Counted from the stretch's first letter, positions 24,192 to 38,503 are shown. The stretch: 64,000 nt of DNA from Torpedo marmorata (GCA_977017645.1 OZ360234.1:40052001-40116000); one strand, 5' to 3'. The notes: generated from the sequence alone by a model not told the origin. A program made the numbers and translations.

Positions 24192-26111
24192 GGGAGTATG
24201 GTGAGATATCTGGTTATAAAATAAATTCAGATAAGAGTGAAATAATGGCTTTATCTCAAGGAGATTATACTAAATGTAAAGAAGTTACAGGATTTAAATG
24301 GGCTAAAGAAGCAATTAAATATTTGGGAGTTAAAGTAGATACAAAATTGGAAAATTTATATAAATTAAATTATATACCTCTATTTCAGAAAATAAAGAAA
24401 GATTTGGAAAATTGGAAAGATTTACCTATAACCCTAATGGGAAGAGTGAATTGTATTAAAATGAATATCTTTCCAAGAGTTCAATACCTTTTTCAATCTA
24501 TACCTTTTGGAATTCCTCAAAAATTTTTTAAAGATTTAAAAATCATTGTTAGAAAATTTTTATGGAAAGGAAAATTAGCAAGGGTAAGTATGGATAAATT
24601 AACTTGGGAATATGAGATGGGTGGATTACAACTCCCCAATTTTCAATATTATTATAAGGCAGCACAATTAAAGTTTATTAATGAATTTTTTGATTTAACT
24701 ATATCTACTGCTTGGATTAATATAGAATTGAATAATATAGGGGAAAGATATAAGGAAGATATTATTTAAAAATGGAATTCTAAATTATTATTAGTTAAAA
24801 AGAAAAATTCACCGATTATTAAACATTTACTGGAAATCTGGACTCAGTTAGACAATGAGATAGGACGAAAAGGGTCATTATCTTTGAATATGCCATTGTA
24901 TCAGAATTTATTGTTACCTTTTTCTATTGATAATAAATTTTTAAAACTATGGTTTCAAAAAGGAATTAAGAAGATTAAAGATTGTTTTGAGGCTGGAAGA
25001 TTTGTTACATTCTCTAGGTTGAAAGAAAAATTTGGAATAACGGATAATACAATTTTGGCTTATTATCAGGTTAAAGGATTTTTAGTTGAGAAATTGGGGA
25101 ATCAATTAATAATTCCAAGACATGATGGATTAGAATTATTAATTACTAATGGAAATGTTAACAAGTTTATATCACAAATGTATAGATTACTTCAGAAAAA
25201 GATGCCTAAGGTAGGATTGCATAAATCAAATTTAAATTGGGAATCAGATTTAAATATTAGTATAGATGAAAAACATTGGAAAGAATTATGTAAATTGAGT
25301 ATGACTAAAATTATTAATGTTAGATATAGATTAGTATAATATAATTTTTTTCATCAATTATATTTAACACCTAAAAAATTAAAGAAATTTAATCCGGCAC
25401 TATCAGATATGTGTTTTAGATGTAGGGATGAAATAGGTTCTTTTGTACACTGTACATGGTCATGTTTAAAAATTCAAAATTTTTGGTCTAAAGTTAAGGA
25501 TTTTTTGGATAGAATTTTTAATATTACGGTTCCAATGGACCCTATGTTATTTTTATTTGGAGATATTAAAAAATTTAGTATTAGAAATAGATTGAATATG
25601 TATCAAATAGAATTTTTATGAATTGTTTTAGCGGTTTCAAAAAAATGTATCGCTATTACTTGGAAATCAGATTTAGATTTGAGTTTAGATAGATTACATG
25701 CAGAATTACGTTCTTGTATACCATTGGAAAAATTTACATATAATTTACATGATAAATATCATTTCTTTTTGAAAATTTGGAGCCCATATATGAGAATTAT
25801 GGGTATGAATTAATTCTCTAGAAGTTGGTACCGCTGGCAAAGATAACCTCCAATATATAAATAGAATTAGCTTGTAATTTGTTTTCTCCTCACTTTAACT
25901 CTTTAATTCTTTATTATTCAACTCTTTTCTTTTTTTTTTCTTTATAACTAACATTCTTTTTTTTTCTTCTTTTTTTTTTAGAATAGTGCTAGGGGGGTTG
26001 GGGATGGGAGGGTGGGAGGGGGGGAGGTAATATATCACATGTATTTTAAATGATATACTATTTTTGTTTCATGTATTTTGTGATTTAAAATTTAAATAAA
26101 ATTATTTTTAA
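24192..26111 (+). mobile_element. 5'-truncated L1-clade LINE (ORF2 3' part and 3' UTR)
   Basis: SGYKIN.DKSE, KYLGV, GGLQLPNF, CFRC...GSFVHCTWSC. TSD AAAGATGTTGAATTTTT at 24175-24191 and 26112-26128. G-rich tract and AATAAA in the 3' UTR. Confidence 0.92.
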
Positions 26112-28447
26112 AAAGATGTTGAATTTTTTATGCATCTCAGAACTATGTTTAAGCCACACAATTCAGGGTTTAATGGACATGGAACAAAATTTGACAGTCA
26201 ACCCACTCCCAACGTGCACTTTAGCATTGTAGAAATCACAAACAGATCACCTCTGTTCAGTCTGCAAGAGTGATTCCGAGCTTTCCAGAGCTTGGTGCTT
26301 AATTCTTCACCCTACTCTCATTCTGACCTCTGAATTTTGCTTTCTAAATTCTTCCAAACAAAATTCAACACACACTTGAGTAACATTACTTTATCTTCCA
26401 CCGAGACACATTGCAACTCACAATATTGAATTGAAGAATTTCAGATGACCAGCCTTCCCTGTCTGTCAGAACTAGTGCGTTTAGTGTAAAGTCGTAAACT
26501 TGGAACTTTAACTCAACTTTTCTTCCTTTAGCAATGCCAACTGACCTGCTGAGTATTTTCAGCATATGCTTTTTTCAGATTTCCAACAAATAAACTGATT
26601 GGTAACATATGATTCCAGCATTCATCTCTCTATTTACACCATATAATTTATACTGCCTTTTATTTCCCACTATTTCCCTTTGTGTACAATTTAAAGCACA
26701 CTTGTTTCTACTTATCCTGTTCTGATGAAAGTTCACTTAACTGAAATGTCAACTTTGTTTCCTGCTGCTCTTGTGCTGCCTGATCTGTTGATTATTTCCT
26801 ATATTTTCATTTGAGTAGACATATAACAGTGCTTGAAAGTGTGAGTGCATTTCCAAAACAACCCCACCAAACTCAGACAACACTTAAAATAAATCTTTAT
26901 CAGTGATTAGAGCTCCTGGTGATTTGGGTATACAGTTGGACCCAAACGCTTCCTTGGCTAGCTTGTGTATAATTTCTACTATTGTAGGGCTATAACTAGT
27001 GCCTGAAGTAATTATTATACCAAGCTAGCCACCAACTAACTGTCAGAGAAAATTGACTGAAGGACTCATTTATCATCATGAACATTACTGCTATCAGAAT
27101 CTTACTGGGTTGGATCTGGGTCTGGTATTTATCATTTTTAACTCTTCTGTAAAAATTCTTGATAAGTGTCAGTTTTCTTGAAATGATTGTCCCTGGATGG
27201 AACAAGCATGAAAGAGCCTCAGAGATAGTTCTTGAACTGCAACACCTGTTTAGCCTGCATATAGAACAAGGTGTAATTGGTGAAGGAATTATAATGCATC
27301 TTATGGAAATTGGAGCCCAGACAGTTGTTAAGGGCACAATTGACAATAAATTACCTGCTCGTGTTCATTAATGAGGCTGCATTGCTTCAATTACTAACCT
27401 CTCTTAACAGAAACCAATTGAAGAAGTCACGAGTGAGAATTCTGAATGCTACTTAGAGCTATTCTTAACTTTTGTTGATCGATTGTTACTGCATGTGTTA
27501 TGAGAAGATTTGACATCATCAAAAGATTTTCTGTGACCTTATTATCATTTCATCATTCTGAAAGTTCTTTGAGGAATGCATTCAAAGAGATTGGATGCTG
27601 TGCTATGCCATCAGAGACCTTGCAAGGAACAGAAAAACAGGGAATAGTTGGCCATGTACATCTTGGTTAGGGTCTCCATATGATGCGAAGAGAATGAGGC
27701 CAGGTGGAACAGAACCAAAAGAGAAGTATCATAGGGTAGGTGAACTCCTTACCTCTCTGCCCATGAAGTCCAGACAAAACACCTTCCCTGAAATTCTGTC
27801 ATTAGTACTTCCAGAACTGCCTCTGAGATTGATTGCACAATCTACCTGAGCAATTCTGAAATGCTCTCACATGCATAAGTTAGCCCGGTGAAAGGAGGTT
27901 TGTAGACATTGCATACTGCACTTGAATATGTCTTCAATCACTGCCAATATGGTAAACCTGTATTTGGGCCAAGACATGTTGAACTGTAATTATCAATAAG
28001 CCTCAGAATTGTCAACTTAAACCCGATTTTTGAGGAAGCAGCAAAAGGCAAACTGCTGGAGGAATTGAGTAGGTCGAGCAGCATCTGTGAAGGGAAAGGA
28101 ATAGTTGACATTTGGGATTGAGGCGTGCATCAGGTGCTATGCCTCTCTTTCAAAGGGGAATATTTCATCAGCACAGCATCCATTCAGAACGTTTTTCATC
28201 AAAATAAACTGACTGCCTTTGGTTCCCTAATGACTAATTACATTTGAAAATATTGAAATTGATTCTCTGAAAAGGAGATATAACTTTCATGAGTTTCATC
28301 TCAAACTCATATCCTGTCCACAATTGCAGTGCATTATGATTACCTATTGTTTATTAAGGCTCCTTTATTACTGTGGATTTTTAGAATTGAGCTTTGAATT
28401 ATGCAACATTTTTCATTCACATTGCATCTTTATTTGTTCAATGAAAC

Positions 28448-28808
28448 TGTAGCGGTACCCACTCTGGGCAAGCGAACCGGTGCCCGCAATGGCAGCCGCG
28501 CAAGTACACGTGGCAACAGCAGGGGCCGGCGCAAAGATGGCACCAACCCCCCTACTTCTTCAACCAGGAGAAGAAGGACAGGAGACCCGGGAAAGTTCCC
28601 ATTGTAATGTACAGCTCCCATTGTCATGTAGACGACAGCGATTAAGCAGCAATGGTCATGTAAACGACAGCAATTAAGCGGTACTGGTCATGTAAATGAC
28701 AGCAATTAAGCTCTTAAAAGCCAGGGCTGCGAGACCCGATTAAACAGTCTTGCTTGCAACCCACCGACTGTGTGTTGTTCTTCAGAATTCTGTGTAGCTC
28801 ATGCTACA
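28448..28808 (+). mobile_element. Solo LTR, 361 bp
   Basis: TGTAGC...GCTACA termini; perfect TSD AAAC; internal TCATGTAAACGACAGCAATTAAGC-like repeats; ATTAAA signal. Confidence 0.85.
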
Positions 28809-29951
28809 AAACAATGATTTCTCTTGAATGATCTGTTTCACACCTTATTTATGCTGAATGGGCTCATGAGCAATGTTGAGATGGAAATGATTTTTTTTTC
28901 CAATCAAGAGCTTAAGAATGTGAGAAATGGCAGTGGGAGCATGATATTCTGAATCCTCAGCCTTCCTTATGTTCAAGACTGATTTGATCTTGGCCTCAAC
29001 AACAACTTGCTGACTAATCCCATGATCCTTGAATCTACTTTAGCCTTCACTTCTCTCTGTCATGGAAGTATTTAATGACAGCATTATTAGCTTCTGACAT
29101 AGATATTTTTAGAGATTTATGGCCCTCTGAAAGAAGAAATTCCTTCTCATCTTTATTTTAAATGAACATCCTTCTGTCTGATATTGTGCCCCAAGCTCTG
29201 CATTTGCTCCCTTGGGTAAAAATCTCTGCATTCCCCATGTCAACTCTCCTCAAAATCTCAGATGTTTCAATAAGATCACCTCCCATTCATTTAAACAATC
29301 CCAATCAAATGATAACTGCAATCTGGAAAACCAGTTAATCTGGTGATTTTACTGAAATAACCACGTCTATATTTTCAGTTAATTCGTCAGGATCATCTGA
29401 TGTCCCCAGCTCACAATTTCAACTGATTTGATAATATTGTGCAGTCGATTCAATATGCTAAATGCATCAGGGATTAGGGCCAAGATGTTTAAATATGTTC
29501 GTATTTTTTCAAACTATACTTTCACTGAAGCAACTATAACACATCGAACATGCTTTATTATATTCTCAGAATCCTAAAATATTACAGTTGTCTCATTTCT
29601 TCCCAAAGCTCTACGCATATTCCCAGGATGATGGGGTCATGAAACAAATGCTTGTTCAGAATGAATGATTGGTTCACAGAAATGGAAGCTCATTGATAAG
29701 GGTACAAGAGAAAACAACTCAAAAATTTTGAGCTCACATCCTACCGTTGCAGGTAATGATAAAGGAAATTTAATAAAATGTGGCCAATAGAAGAGTAGCA
29801 ATAAAAAAGTAACAGATTCGTTTAAAAAAAAGCACAATTTATTCCTTCAGCTCAACCGTTTCAGAATCAGAATAAGAATTTATTCTCATGAACAAGTCAT
29901 GAAATTCAGTGTGATGTGATGTCAGTCCTGAATACTAGGTTGAAATAATAC

Positions 29952-30070
29952 TGTTATGGACCATGACTGACAATTTGGACTGCGGACGGTCAGCAGGAAG
30001 GATGAAGTCTTTTGGAGTACACACTGGGGCCAGGTACTGAAAAAGTTAACTTCCCCAGGACTTGGTGTAC

Positions 30071-30105
<35 letters not shown>

Positions 30106-30835
30106 AGAGAGAGACAGACTGTGGAATAGATACATTGTTGCACTTTTGCAAAAAGCAGGGGCAGATCTCTGCAAAGCACACAGTTGTGAGTTGCAAGGCT
30201 ACAGAACATAGCCAGATCCAGGCTTGTGTGCACAGCCAGAGAAAATCACTGGCAGAAGAGCACATGGCCTCCTGTCTCAGAGAAAAATTCTGAGGAAAAG
30301 CAACTTCTGTGGAGAACAGGCGTGAGATCAGCGAGACTAGCTGTGAGATTCAAGCATACGCCTAAATCAGTGGTATACTGATCTGGAACTTGCAATCCTT
30401 ATGAACCTACAAGAAGGGGACGTCATCAGAGAAGAAAACAAGTATTTGTAAGCATAACAGTCATTGTCTCTCTCCAACGTTCATTCAGAAGTACTTCTAC
30501 CAGACCCAGAGCTGAATTGAAGCCTGAACTTAGAGAGTGAATCTTGTGGACTGAATTATTCTTTTGTTTTTTTTACTGACTTGTTTTTTTATGACTGACC
30601 TGGGGTTTTTGGGGAAAGTTTTTCCATTTTTACATAAGGGTTGGGCACAGTCTGTAATGGTCTGGGCTTTACACACACACACACACACCTTTTAGATAAG
30701 AATAGAGTTTATAGACGTTTATAGTGGGGTTAATTGTTGTGAAATTATATGTTTACTTGTGTTTAATAAATAATAATTTCAATTTTACCCCTTTTGCATT
30801 GCGTCTTCTGTCGTTGCTGGTTTGAATATGTAACA
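29952..30835 (+). mobile_element. Solo LTR, family A (same as 48542-49417 and 57949-58819)
   Basis: TGTTA...TAACA termini; perfect TSD ATAC; internal (GA)n and (CA)n tracts. Confidence 0.9.
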
Positions 30836-31074
30836 ATACCGTCAAGCCAATATAAACTTGCCTTGCTATTATTCTTCACATTCCAAGGCCAAATAATTAG
30901 CAAGTCGCTCCTTGAAGTGTATAAGCTGGTTGTGGAGTAATTCACTCACCCTGTAATTAACACAATGGAACTGCACTGCTTCAACTCTATTTTCCGACAT
31001 GTTCTGCAGTGAAGCTCTGGAGGTACTAACAATGGTGTTGTGAAGGAAGGGAAAAGTTCAGTGGGTTCAAAGAA

Positions 31075-32005
31075 TAGCAGGTCTGGACACAGACACTGTA
31101 TAATAGGATCCTGGATTTCCTCACCTCCAGACCACAATCAGTGAGGATCACAATCAGAACATCTCCTCCATAATCTCCATCAGTACCGGAGCACCACAGG
31201 GCTGCGTTCTTAGTCCCCTGCTCCACTCACTTTACACCTACGACTGTGTGGCTCGGTTTGACAATAACACCATCTCCAAATTTTCCGATGATACCTTGGT
31301 AGTGGGTTGTATAAATAAAGGCAATGAGTCAGCATATAGGAGGGAGATTGAAAACTTGGCTGAATGGTGCACAAACAACAACCTTGCAATCAATGTCAAC
31401 AAAACCAAGGAGCTGATTGTTGACTTCAGGAAGGGAAAGCCAGAGGTATACAATCTCTGGGGGATCAGAGGTGGAGAGGGTGAACAATTTTAAGTTCTTG
31501 GGAGTCACTATCTCAGAGGATCTTTCCTGGACCCAACACACTAATGGCATCGTGGAGAAAGCACGTCAGCGCCTCTACTTCGTCAGGAGTTTGCGGAGGT
31601 TTGGCAAGTCATCAGAAACCCTGGCAAATTTCTAAGGATCCACACCACAAAGCACACGCTCTGTTCTCGCTGCTACCATCAGGAAAGATGTATAGGTGCC
31701 ATAAAACTTGCACCACCAGGTTCAGGAACAGCTGCTACCCTCCACCATCAGACTCCTCAACAACAAACTCAATCAGGGACTCATTTAAGGACTCTTATTG
31801 ATTTTTTATTCTCTCTGTATTGCACAGTCATTTTGTTTATATTTGTTATCTGTTTACAGTTTTTTACTTGTTTACATGTGTACGTTGTGTAGTTTTTGTT
31901 TGCACTACCAATAAGTGGTAATTCTGCCTCACCCACAGGAAAAAGAATCTCAGGGTTGTATGTGATGTCATGTATGTACTCTGACAATAAATATGAAATC
32001 TGAAA
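31075..32005 (+). mobile_element. Rex1/Babar-type LINE fragment
   Basis: [47 protein letters not shown]; typical 3' tail ending TGACAATAAATATGAAATCTGAA. Confidence 0.85.
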
Positions 32006-32629
32006 CAATCTTTATTAAAACACACGTAAGGGGACTGCAACAGGGATAACACACGCAAGTATTCTCAATCACACAACACAGTGCAACCAGTCACATCAGA
32101 CTTAGCACTACCGATACCAACAACTGCTTACACTCTTACAAGCATAGTACAACCCAGTCACATCAGACTTAATATTACCTTTACTAGCAACTGTTTATAC
32201 AGACATCACAACCAAGGACTACAATACGTTACCTGCCGTTCCTTGTCTAATGTGGGCATGGCTCAGATGCAACTACAACAGTATACAACAGCCCCGATCC
32301 CTATGTTGTGCACACCTTACCAATGACTCCTCCAGCGTTGTCCACAGCAGGGTTTGTCTCATGGCCGAAGAGCAAAAGAGGAAGAGGTACTGCACGTGGT
32401 GGACTTTATAGTACAGTAAGCTGGAGGGTCTGGCCCAGATCATCGCTAGGTGATTAAAGGGGCCAATGGTTAGGTGTGCACTAATGGGTGGGCAGAGTCG
32501 AACCTTGATTGGCAGGTGATGCGACTTACGACTCGGTTCCAGATGGAGAGGTTAAGTGATCCTCCACAATCCACATTCCCACCAGTTTTCAGATGGAGAG
32601 GTCACATGACCTTCCACAATCATACTACA
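32006..32629 (-). mobile_element. Probable LTR, possibly continuing at 31036-31075 across the Rex insertion
   Basis: Minus strand starts TGTAGTATG; has TATAAAG and AATAAA; shares a CCAAT/GATTGG block with 12721-13557. TSD unconvincing. Confidence 0.45.
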
Positions 32630-34766
32630 CGTGGAGTGAAAAGCTTTCACTGAGATTAAGAGAGTATGATCGAAACCAAATAACCAAGTTTTCATAAAAC
32701 CATGTGGTAGAATTATGCAACTATTCAATAACTAAAATAAAGCATGGACCCTGACAATATCCTGACTGTGATATTGAATCCCAGGGTAACAAACCTATTC
32801 ACTTCCCTATGACATTTGTCCCAGCATAATCATAATACCCTCATCTCTGCATTAATAACAATTAGAGAGGGATGTTGCACACATCAAAGAAAATAGCCGA
32901 TTTCCCATATGATTGCACTCTCCCATCATTACAAAAGTAAGACAAAGATCATTATCAGCAGTAACTACAAATCCATTGAAAGCTGTTCAGTTTGGGATCC
33001 ACTGGAGTTACTCAGCTGTCGGCTTACCAAAGTCTACACCAGAACATGGAGACAGAATTTCCCTGTCTAGATGAGCCAGGAATATTGTTCCATCAAGTCA
33101 TTCTTCCATTGAGTAAATTATTCAACAGAGAACAGCACAAACCATTCTGACAAATATGAGGCCATTGGGATTATTATTGAAAATATTTCAATGGTTGCAG
33201 TCATATCTGGCACATAAAGAACAGTTGTGGAAACAAATCATCATTGCCCCAGGACAACAATACAAGAATTCTTCAGACAAGAATCATTGGCAAAACCATT
33301 GTCAATTGTTGCATCAATAACTTCCCTCTGTCAGAAGGTCAGGTCCATTCCTTATTCCTCCAATATTAATTAGCCAGTTCCAATTTAAGTTATGTGTGTA
33401 TTCTCTGTATAGAGAAGGATGACGTGATTTCATATAGGATTTTATATTTTGAAGTGAATTGTTGGACTTAAAAGAAGGAATCTTTGGCAGAGTAGCATCA
33501 GACAAGGGGCTTTTCCTGAAGATCAAGGCCAGGCTATAGAGGAATGGAAATTCTTCTTCATTGTGAGATGAAGACCTGCCTTCCAAAAAGACCAGTGGAT
33601 GCCAGCTCAATTAACCAGTTTAATGTTAATGGATTAAAACATCAAGAACATTAAACATGCTTCATTACCTTCACTCAATTCTATGTAAACCTAAGGTCAT
33701 CCATATTATCCATATTCAATCTCACTTTAAGTCTGTTAATCCATTATCACTGTGTTTGCTGAACTATGATGGCTTACTTTGTACCTGGCCTTCGGTTTTG
33801 TCAGCCATAGTTCACACTTTTTCCTTGGCCCCACTGTTCCAATGTTGTGGCTAACCTTAACCCTTTGGACTCCGGCCATTTTTAACCTTTCATAATATAT
33901 ACTCCGGATTGGGTCCATGGGTAAACTATAGTACAAACACCAGTACGAACCAGCTGGTTGTTGGGTATAAAACTAGTCCCGGAAAATACTGGCTTGTGCG
34001 CCTTTTGGTAGTCCCTGAAAACAGGGACACGGAATCTAAAGTGTTAACTAAAAAGGTAAGCAGCAATGAGGGGTTTGGTTTAATAAAATAGATGATATTG
34101 TTGTTCAAATTTACAGCGACTGATTGCGTTTTAACAACAAATAGTTAAAGGCCATGAGGATGGTTTATGTTATCTATTGTTGTTTGCAACCTGTTGTTCT
34201 TCATGGAAGAGCCATATCAATGAATCTCCAAAGTTTGGTGAGGCTGGGAAACTGATGCAGGACGTCAGAGTAAAATACAGGCTGCATCCAGCATGATCAA
34301 CCAAGTGTTTTCAGTCATCATCACAAAACCCCATTCATTAGATGCCTGGCATGCTCTGAAGCAGGATACTTACAGACATTTCACTCTATCTGATCCCAAG
34401 TTGAGTTTTGGACCACATATATTATTGATTGGTCTTCCTTATTTAATTCTCACATCCAAAACTGTGCTCCTACCTTAGACCAGGTTTACTTTCCATCACC
34501 ACTGTGTGCTGAACAACACTGGCTCCCACCTCAACAATGTCATGATTTTAAGATCAGTAACCTTGCTTCAATATCCTTCTATGACCTCCTTCACTCAACA
34601 TTTGTAACCCAAGAGAACACTCCTCCAATTTCACTTTCTTGAACATCCTTGAATTTAATCTTGACGCAATGGCAACTGAAATAAAAACAGGAAATGGATG
34701 AGATGCTCAACAAGTCAGACAGCATCTGGGCTCAGGATACAGAGTGAACCAAACTATTAAAAAAAA

Positions 34767-35015
34767 AATTTAGACATACAGCACGGCAACAGGCCATTTC
34801 GGCCCACGAGTCCATGCTGCCCAATTTACACCCAATCAACCTACACCCCCTGTACGTTTTGAAGGGTGGAAGAAAACCGAAGCCCCCGGGGAAAACCCAC
34901 GCAGACGCGGGGAGAACGTATAAACTCCTTACAGACAGCGGGGGATTCGAACCCCGGTCCTGATCACTGGTGCTGTAAAGCCGTTGCGCTAACCGCTTCG
35001 CCAACCGTGTCGCCC
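34767..35015 (-). mobile_element. tRNA-derived V-SINE (HE1-like)
   Basis: Minus strand has A box (TTGGCGAAGCGG), B box (GGTTCGAATCC) and V-core (GAGTTTATACGTTCTCCCCGCGTCTGCGTGGGTTTTCCCCGGG); tail GCTGTATGTCTAAA. Confidence 0.85.
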
Positions 35016-36069
35016 AACTCTGCTCTGAATCAGCTCTGCTTCTATCTCCAACCAACCCCCCTCCCCCCCCCCCCCCAACGACAGATACTTCCTGGGCTGT
35101 TCAGTATCTCCCACATTTTCTGTTTTTTTTTAAATTCTAGCATCTGCAGTTTTTGCTTTCGACCGTCAGCAACAGTGTTTTGTGATCAATGTGAAGACAC
35201 TTTGGACATTTTGCTATGTTAAAGGTGTTATACAAATACAGGAGTTGCTGTTTGTGCTGTCAGTTAAATGTGCAGATATCTGTACTCAATAATTTAGCAG
35301 TCGTAAATTATAATCCCATTCCTTCTGTACATTTCCCACCACATTCCATGAGAACCAGCTGCTTTGAAGAAATGGCAGCTGTAAAGAGTGCCAAGAGATA
35401 CCGACCGAGCTGCAAGACTGTTAAGGATAACAGTTAACAAATTTGTTGCCAAGAATCTCCTGGGCACTGTTACCCATAGATTTAGAGGGACTGGCTGAGC
35501 TTGCAACCAGTAATTCAGTGCCAATCTCTGTGCATATCTAATATCTCTTGCAGTACTTAATTTCTTGCAGAAGGTTTATATCAGCCACTTACATCAGCCT
35601 GTTAAGAAGCCATTGCTGTCTGCCTCAAATCTTACTCTGATATACTAAATTAATTTTGCGTGGAATTTTCTGTCTCTACTAAAACTTAATGTTTTCCAAG
35701 TATAATATTTTAGCTCTGATGATTTACTTATTGCCTCATCAGGTGTGATTATCCAGTTAAACTGATGCAATTCAATGTAAATCAAGAAGATGTGACTGAG
35801 AGAAATAATATTTCTAAATTGCATTTGATTTATGTTGGCATACTTACTGTACAGAAAGGACAAGTGTGAAAAAAATAATAATTCTATTTTTGGCAGAATT
35901 CAAAGACCACGCTGCAAAAATCAAATCCCTCTGTAACATGGATCGGTAACAACATCTCCTCCTCACTGACAATCAACGCAGGCACACCTCAAGTATGCAC
36001 GCTTAGCCCACTGCTCTAAACTCGGCCAGCGCCATCATGAGCATTAGTCATCACTCTATTAAGGTCGTC

Positions 36070-36865
36070 TTTAAGAGGTGGTGACTCAAGAAAGCGGACA
36101 GAGTGAAGTTGCTCACCAAAGCAATCTCCCAGTCTGCGTACAATCTCTCCGAAGTGGAGGAGACCACAACCGGGAGCACCGGATGATGCAGGTGACACCT
36201 GCAGATTCAAAAGTGAAGTGTTGCTTCATTTGGAAGGGCTGATTGGAGCCTGAATGGTGGTGAGGGAGGAGGTGTGGGCGCGAGTCAAGCATTTCAAAAA
36301 TTTCAGAACCTTCGCTTTGTCCGCCGTAATAGCGGGGATCTCCCAGTGGCAACCCATTTCAATTTCCTGCCCCATTCCCATGCCGACATGTCTCGTACAC
36401 TGGCCACTGAGACCACCAGCAAATTGGAGGAACAACGCCTCACATTCTGTCTGGGCATCCTCCAACCAGATGGCATTAACATCGACTTCTCAGGTTTCTA
36501 TTGGCCCCTCCCCCATCTCTCTCTCTCTCTACTGATCCCTATGTCTTCTTTCCTCCAGCTCCTCACCCCTTGTCTCTTTCTCTTTCCCTTTCCTCCAGCT
36601 CTGCATTCACAGAGCTACCCCCTCCCTTGATCAATTCTCAGGTTTTCTCTCCTGCCCTCCTATCAATGTCCACATATAACCTCGGCTGTTGGCCAGTGCT
36701 CCTCCCCCTGCCTCTTCTTCCCTCCTCCCCTACCTTTTTATTCAGGCACCAGCCAGCTTTTTGCTTGATGAAGGGCTCAGGCCTTAAACGTTGATTATAT
36801 ATCTTTGCCTCCTATGGACTCTGAGGGACCTGCTGAATTTCTCCAGCACTTATGTGTATTTTCTA
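36070..36865. mobile_element. Penelope-like remnant, inverted (minus ~36090-36290, plus ~36300-36865)
   Basis: KLEEQRLTFCLGILQPDGINIDF on plus; GIY-YIG remnant on minus; degenerate hammerhead at 36765-36793. Preceded by a Rex fragment at 35925-36070. Confidence 0.75.
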
Positions 36866-37064
36866 GATATATTCATTAAATTGTTTGTATTTTAATAAGT
36901 GTTAAATTCTCTGTGAATTAATTGAGAACTGGAAAAAAATATTTTAACTGCTTCTGGTGCAATTTCTTTTTTTTTATGATTTAAATTTTATTGAGTTCTT
37001 TTAAAAAAAAGTTTCCCCAAACCCTTTAGTCAGTGTTAAAGTTATGTAAATCATAAGTTACAAA

Positions 37065-37474
37065 ACATAAACTCCAGAGGGTTGTTAACTTGGCCTGTGA
37101 CATCACAGGCACCAGACTTCACTCCATCGAGGACATCTACATGAGGCGGTGTCTTAAAAAAGCAGCCTCTATCCTCAAAGACCCCCATCACCAAGGCCAT
37201 GCCCTCTTCACTCTGCTACCATTGGGAAAAAAGTACAGGAGCCTAAAGACAAACAGTCAACAGCACAAGGACAGCTTCTTCCCCACTGCCATCAGATTCT
37301 TGAATAATCAATGAACCATACACTGACTTACTTTTCGTGCACTATTATTATATATTTTTTTATATTTATTGTTGTAAGATGGTTTATAATATGAATGTTT
37401 GCACTATGATGCTGCCGCAAAACACCGAATTTCATGACTTGTTCATGACAGTAAATTCTGATTCTGATTCTGAA
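37065..37474 (+). mobile_element. Rex1/Babar 3' end
   Basis: CLKKAASILKDPHH.GHALFTLLP.GKKYRS; tail (ATTCTG)3. Confidence 0.8.
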
Positions 37475-37689
37475 CAGGCCCTACAGCTCATTGAGTCCAC
37501 TTCAACCATCAAGCACCCATTTAAACCAATTCTACATTAATCCAATTTTATCCTTTCCACATTCCCATCAACTCTCAACAGATACAAACACTATTACATA
37601 CTAGAGGCAATATATCAATTAGCCTACCTGTACATCTTTGGGATGGGGGAAGAAACTGGAGCAGCCAGAAGAAACCCAGGCAGCAATGA

Positions 37690-38130
37690 TGATGATGAAT
37701 TTATTCTCATACACATTTGCAGAATGTACATATGCACCAAAATTCTTACTTGCTGCAGCTGAATAGATACTTGTAAAGAAAACTCTATTGATAAACTAAT
37801 TGAGTTAAATTAAAAGAGACAATAAATACATAAAATAGATATAAATATGCACAGTAATCCTCGTGTCAAAAAAGTGACTTGCAGTAGTGCAAACAGCCCT
37901 TTTGTGCTGTTGGAGCAGTCTATAATTAGTGTACCAAAGGGAGGTTCAAGAATCTGATAGGGTGTTGGAAAGAAATTGTTATTGAACCCAGAGGTGCTGA
38001 TCTTCAGGCTTCTGTACCTTCTGCCCGAAGCTAGCAGTGAGAAGAGGTTGTGGTGTCCTTTATGATGTTACCTTCTCGATGGATGTGGGGTCAGAGCCTG
38101 TGATGGTCCTGGCTATGTTTACTACCTATG
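37690..38130 (-). mobile_element. Rex1/Babar 3' end, decayed
   Basis: Minus strand reads SGRRYRSLKISTSGFNNNFFP followed by a Rex-like 3' UTR. Confidence 0.6.
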
Positions 38131-38503
38131 TGCATACATTCTCTCTATGGTGACAGGAAGGATGTGCAAACTCCACAGAGACAGTGCTCAAGCTCAGGAT
38201 TGAATCTGGGTAACTGGCACAGTGAGGCAGCGGCTCTGCTCAACCCACCACATTGCCATCCCCAAGCCAAACAGCACCATGGCCCAAATCGCTTAGTCAA
38301 ACAGCAGACTTCTGAAACAGATACTCAAGTCCCCAAACTCTATCACGGATGAAAATACTAGGCAGAGAAATAGATTCAAGGACTTGTTCAAAGCTTCGCT
38401 GAGGAAATACAACTGACTCGTGGGAGACTCTGGCCATGCCTTCTCAAATTAGAGAAAGAACATTCAAGATGGCATTGAGTCCATGCACCAGGAGCCTTGT
38501 ATA

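Noticed and set aside
26500-26810. Additional hammerhead-like motif (TCTGATGAAAG...CTGAAATG) and similar short tails at 28050-28130, 34680-35160 and 43620-43780
   Set aside because: Too degenerate to fold; treated as old PLE-terminus debris.
34920-35015. tRNA gene (also 62330-62410)
   Set aside because: The A/B boxes belong to SINE heads followed by V-core and LINE-type tail; no complete cloverleaf.
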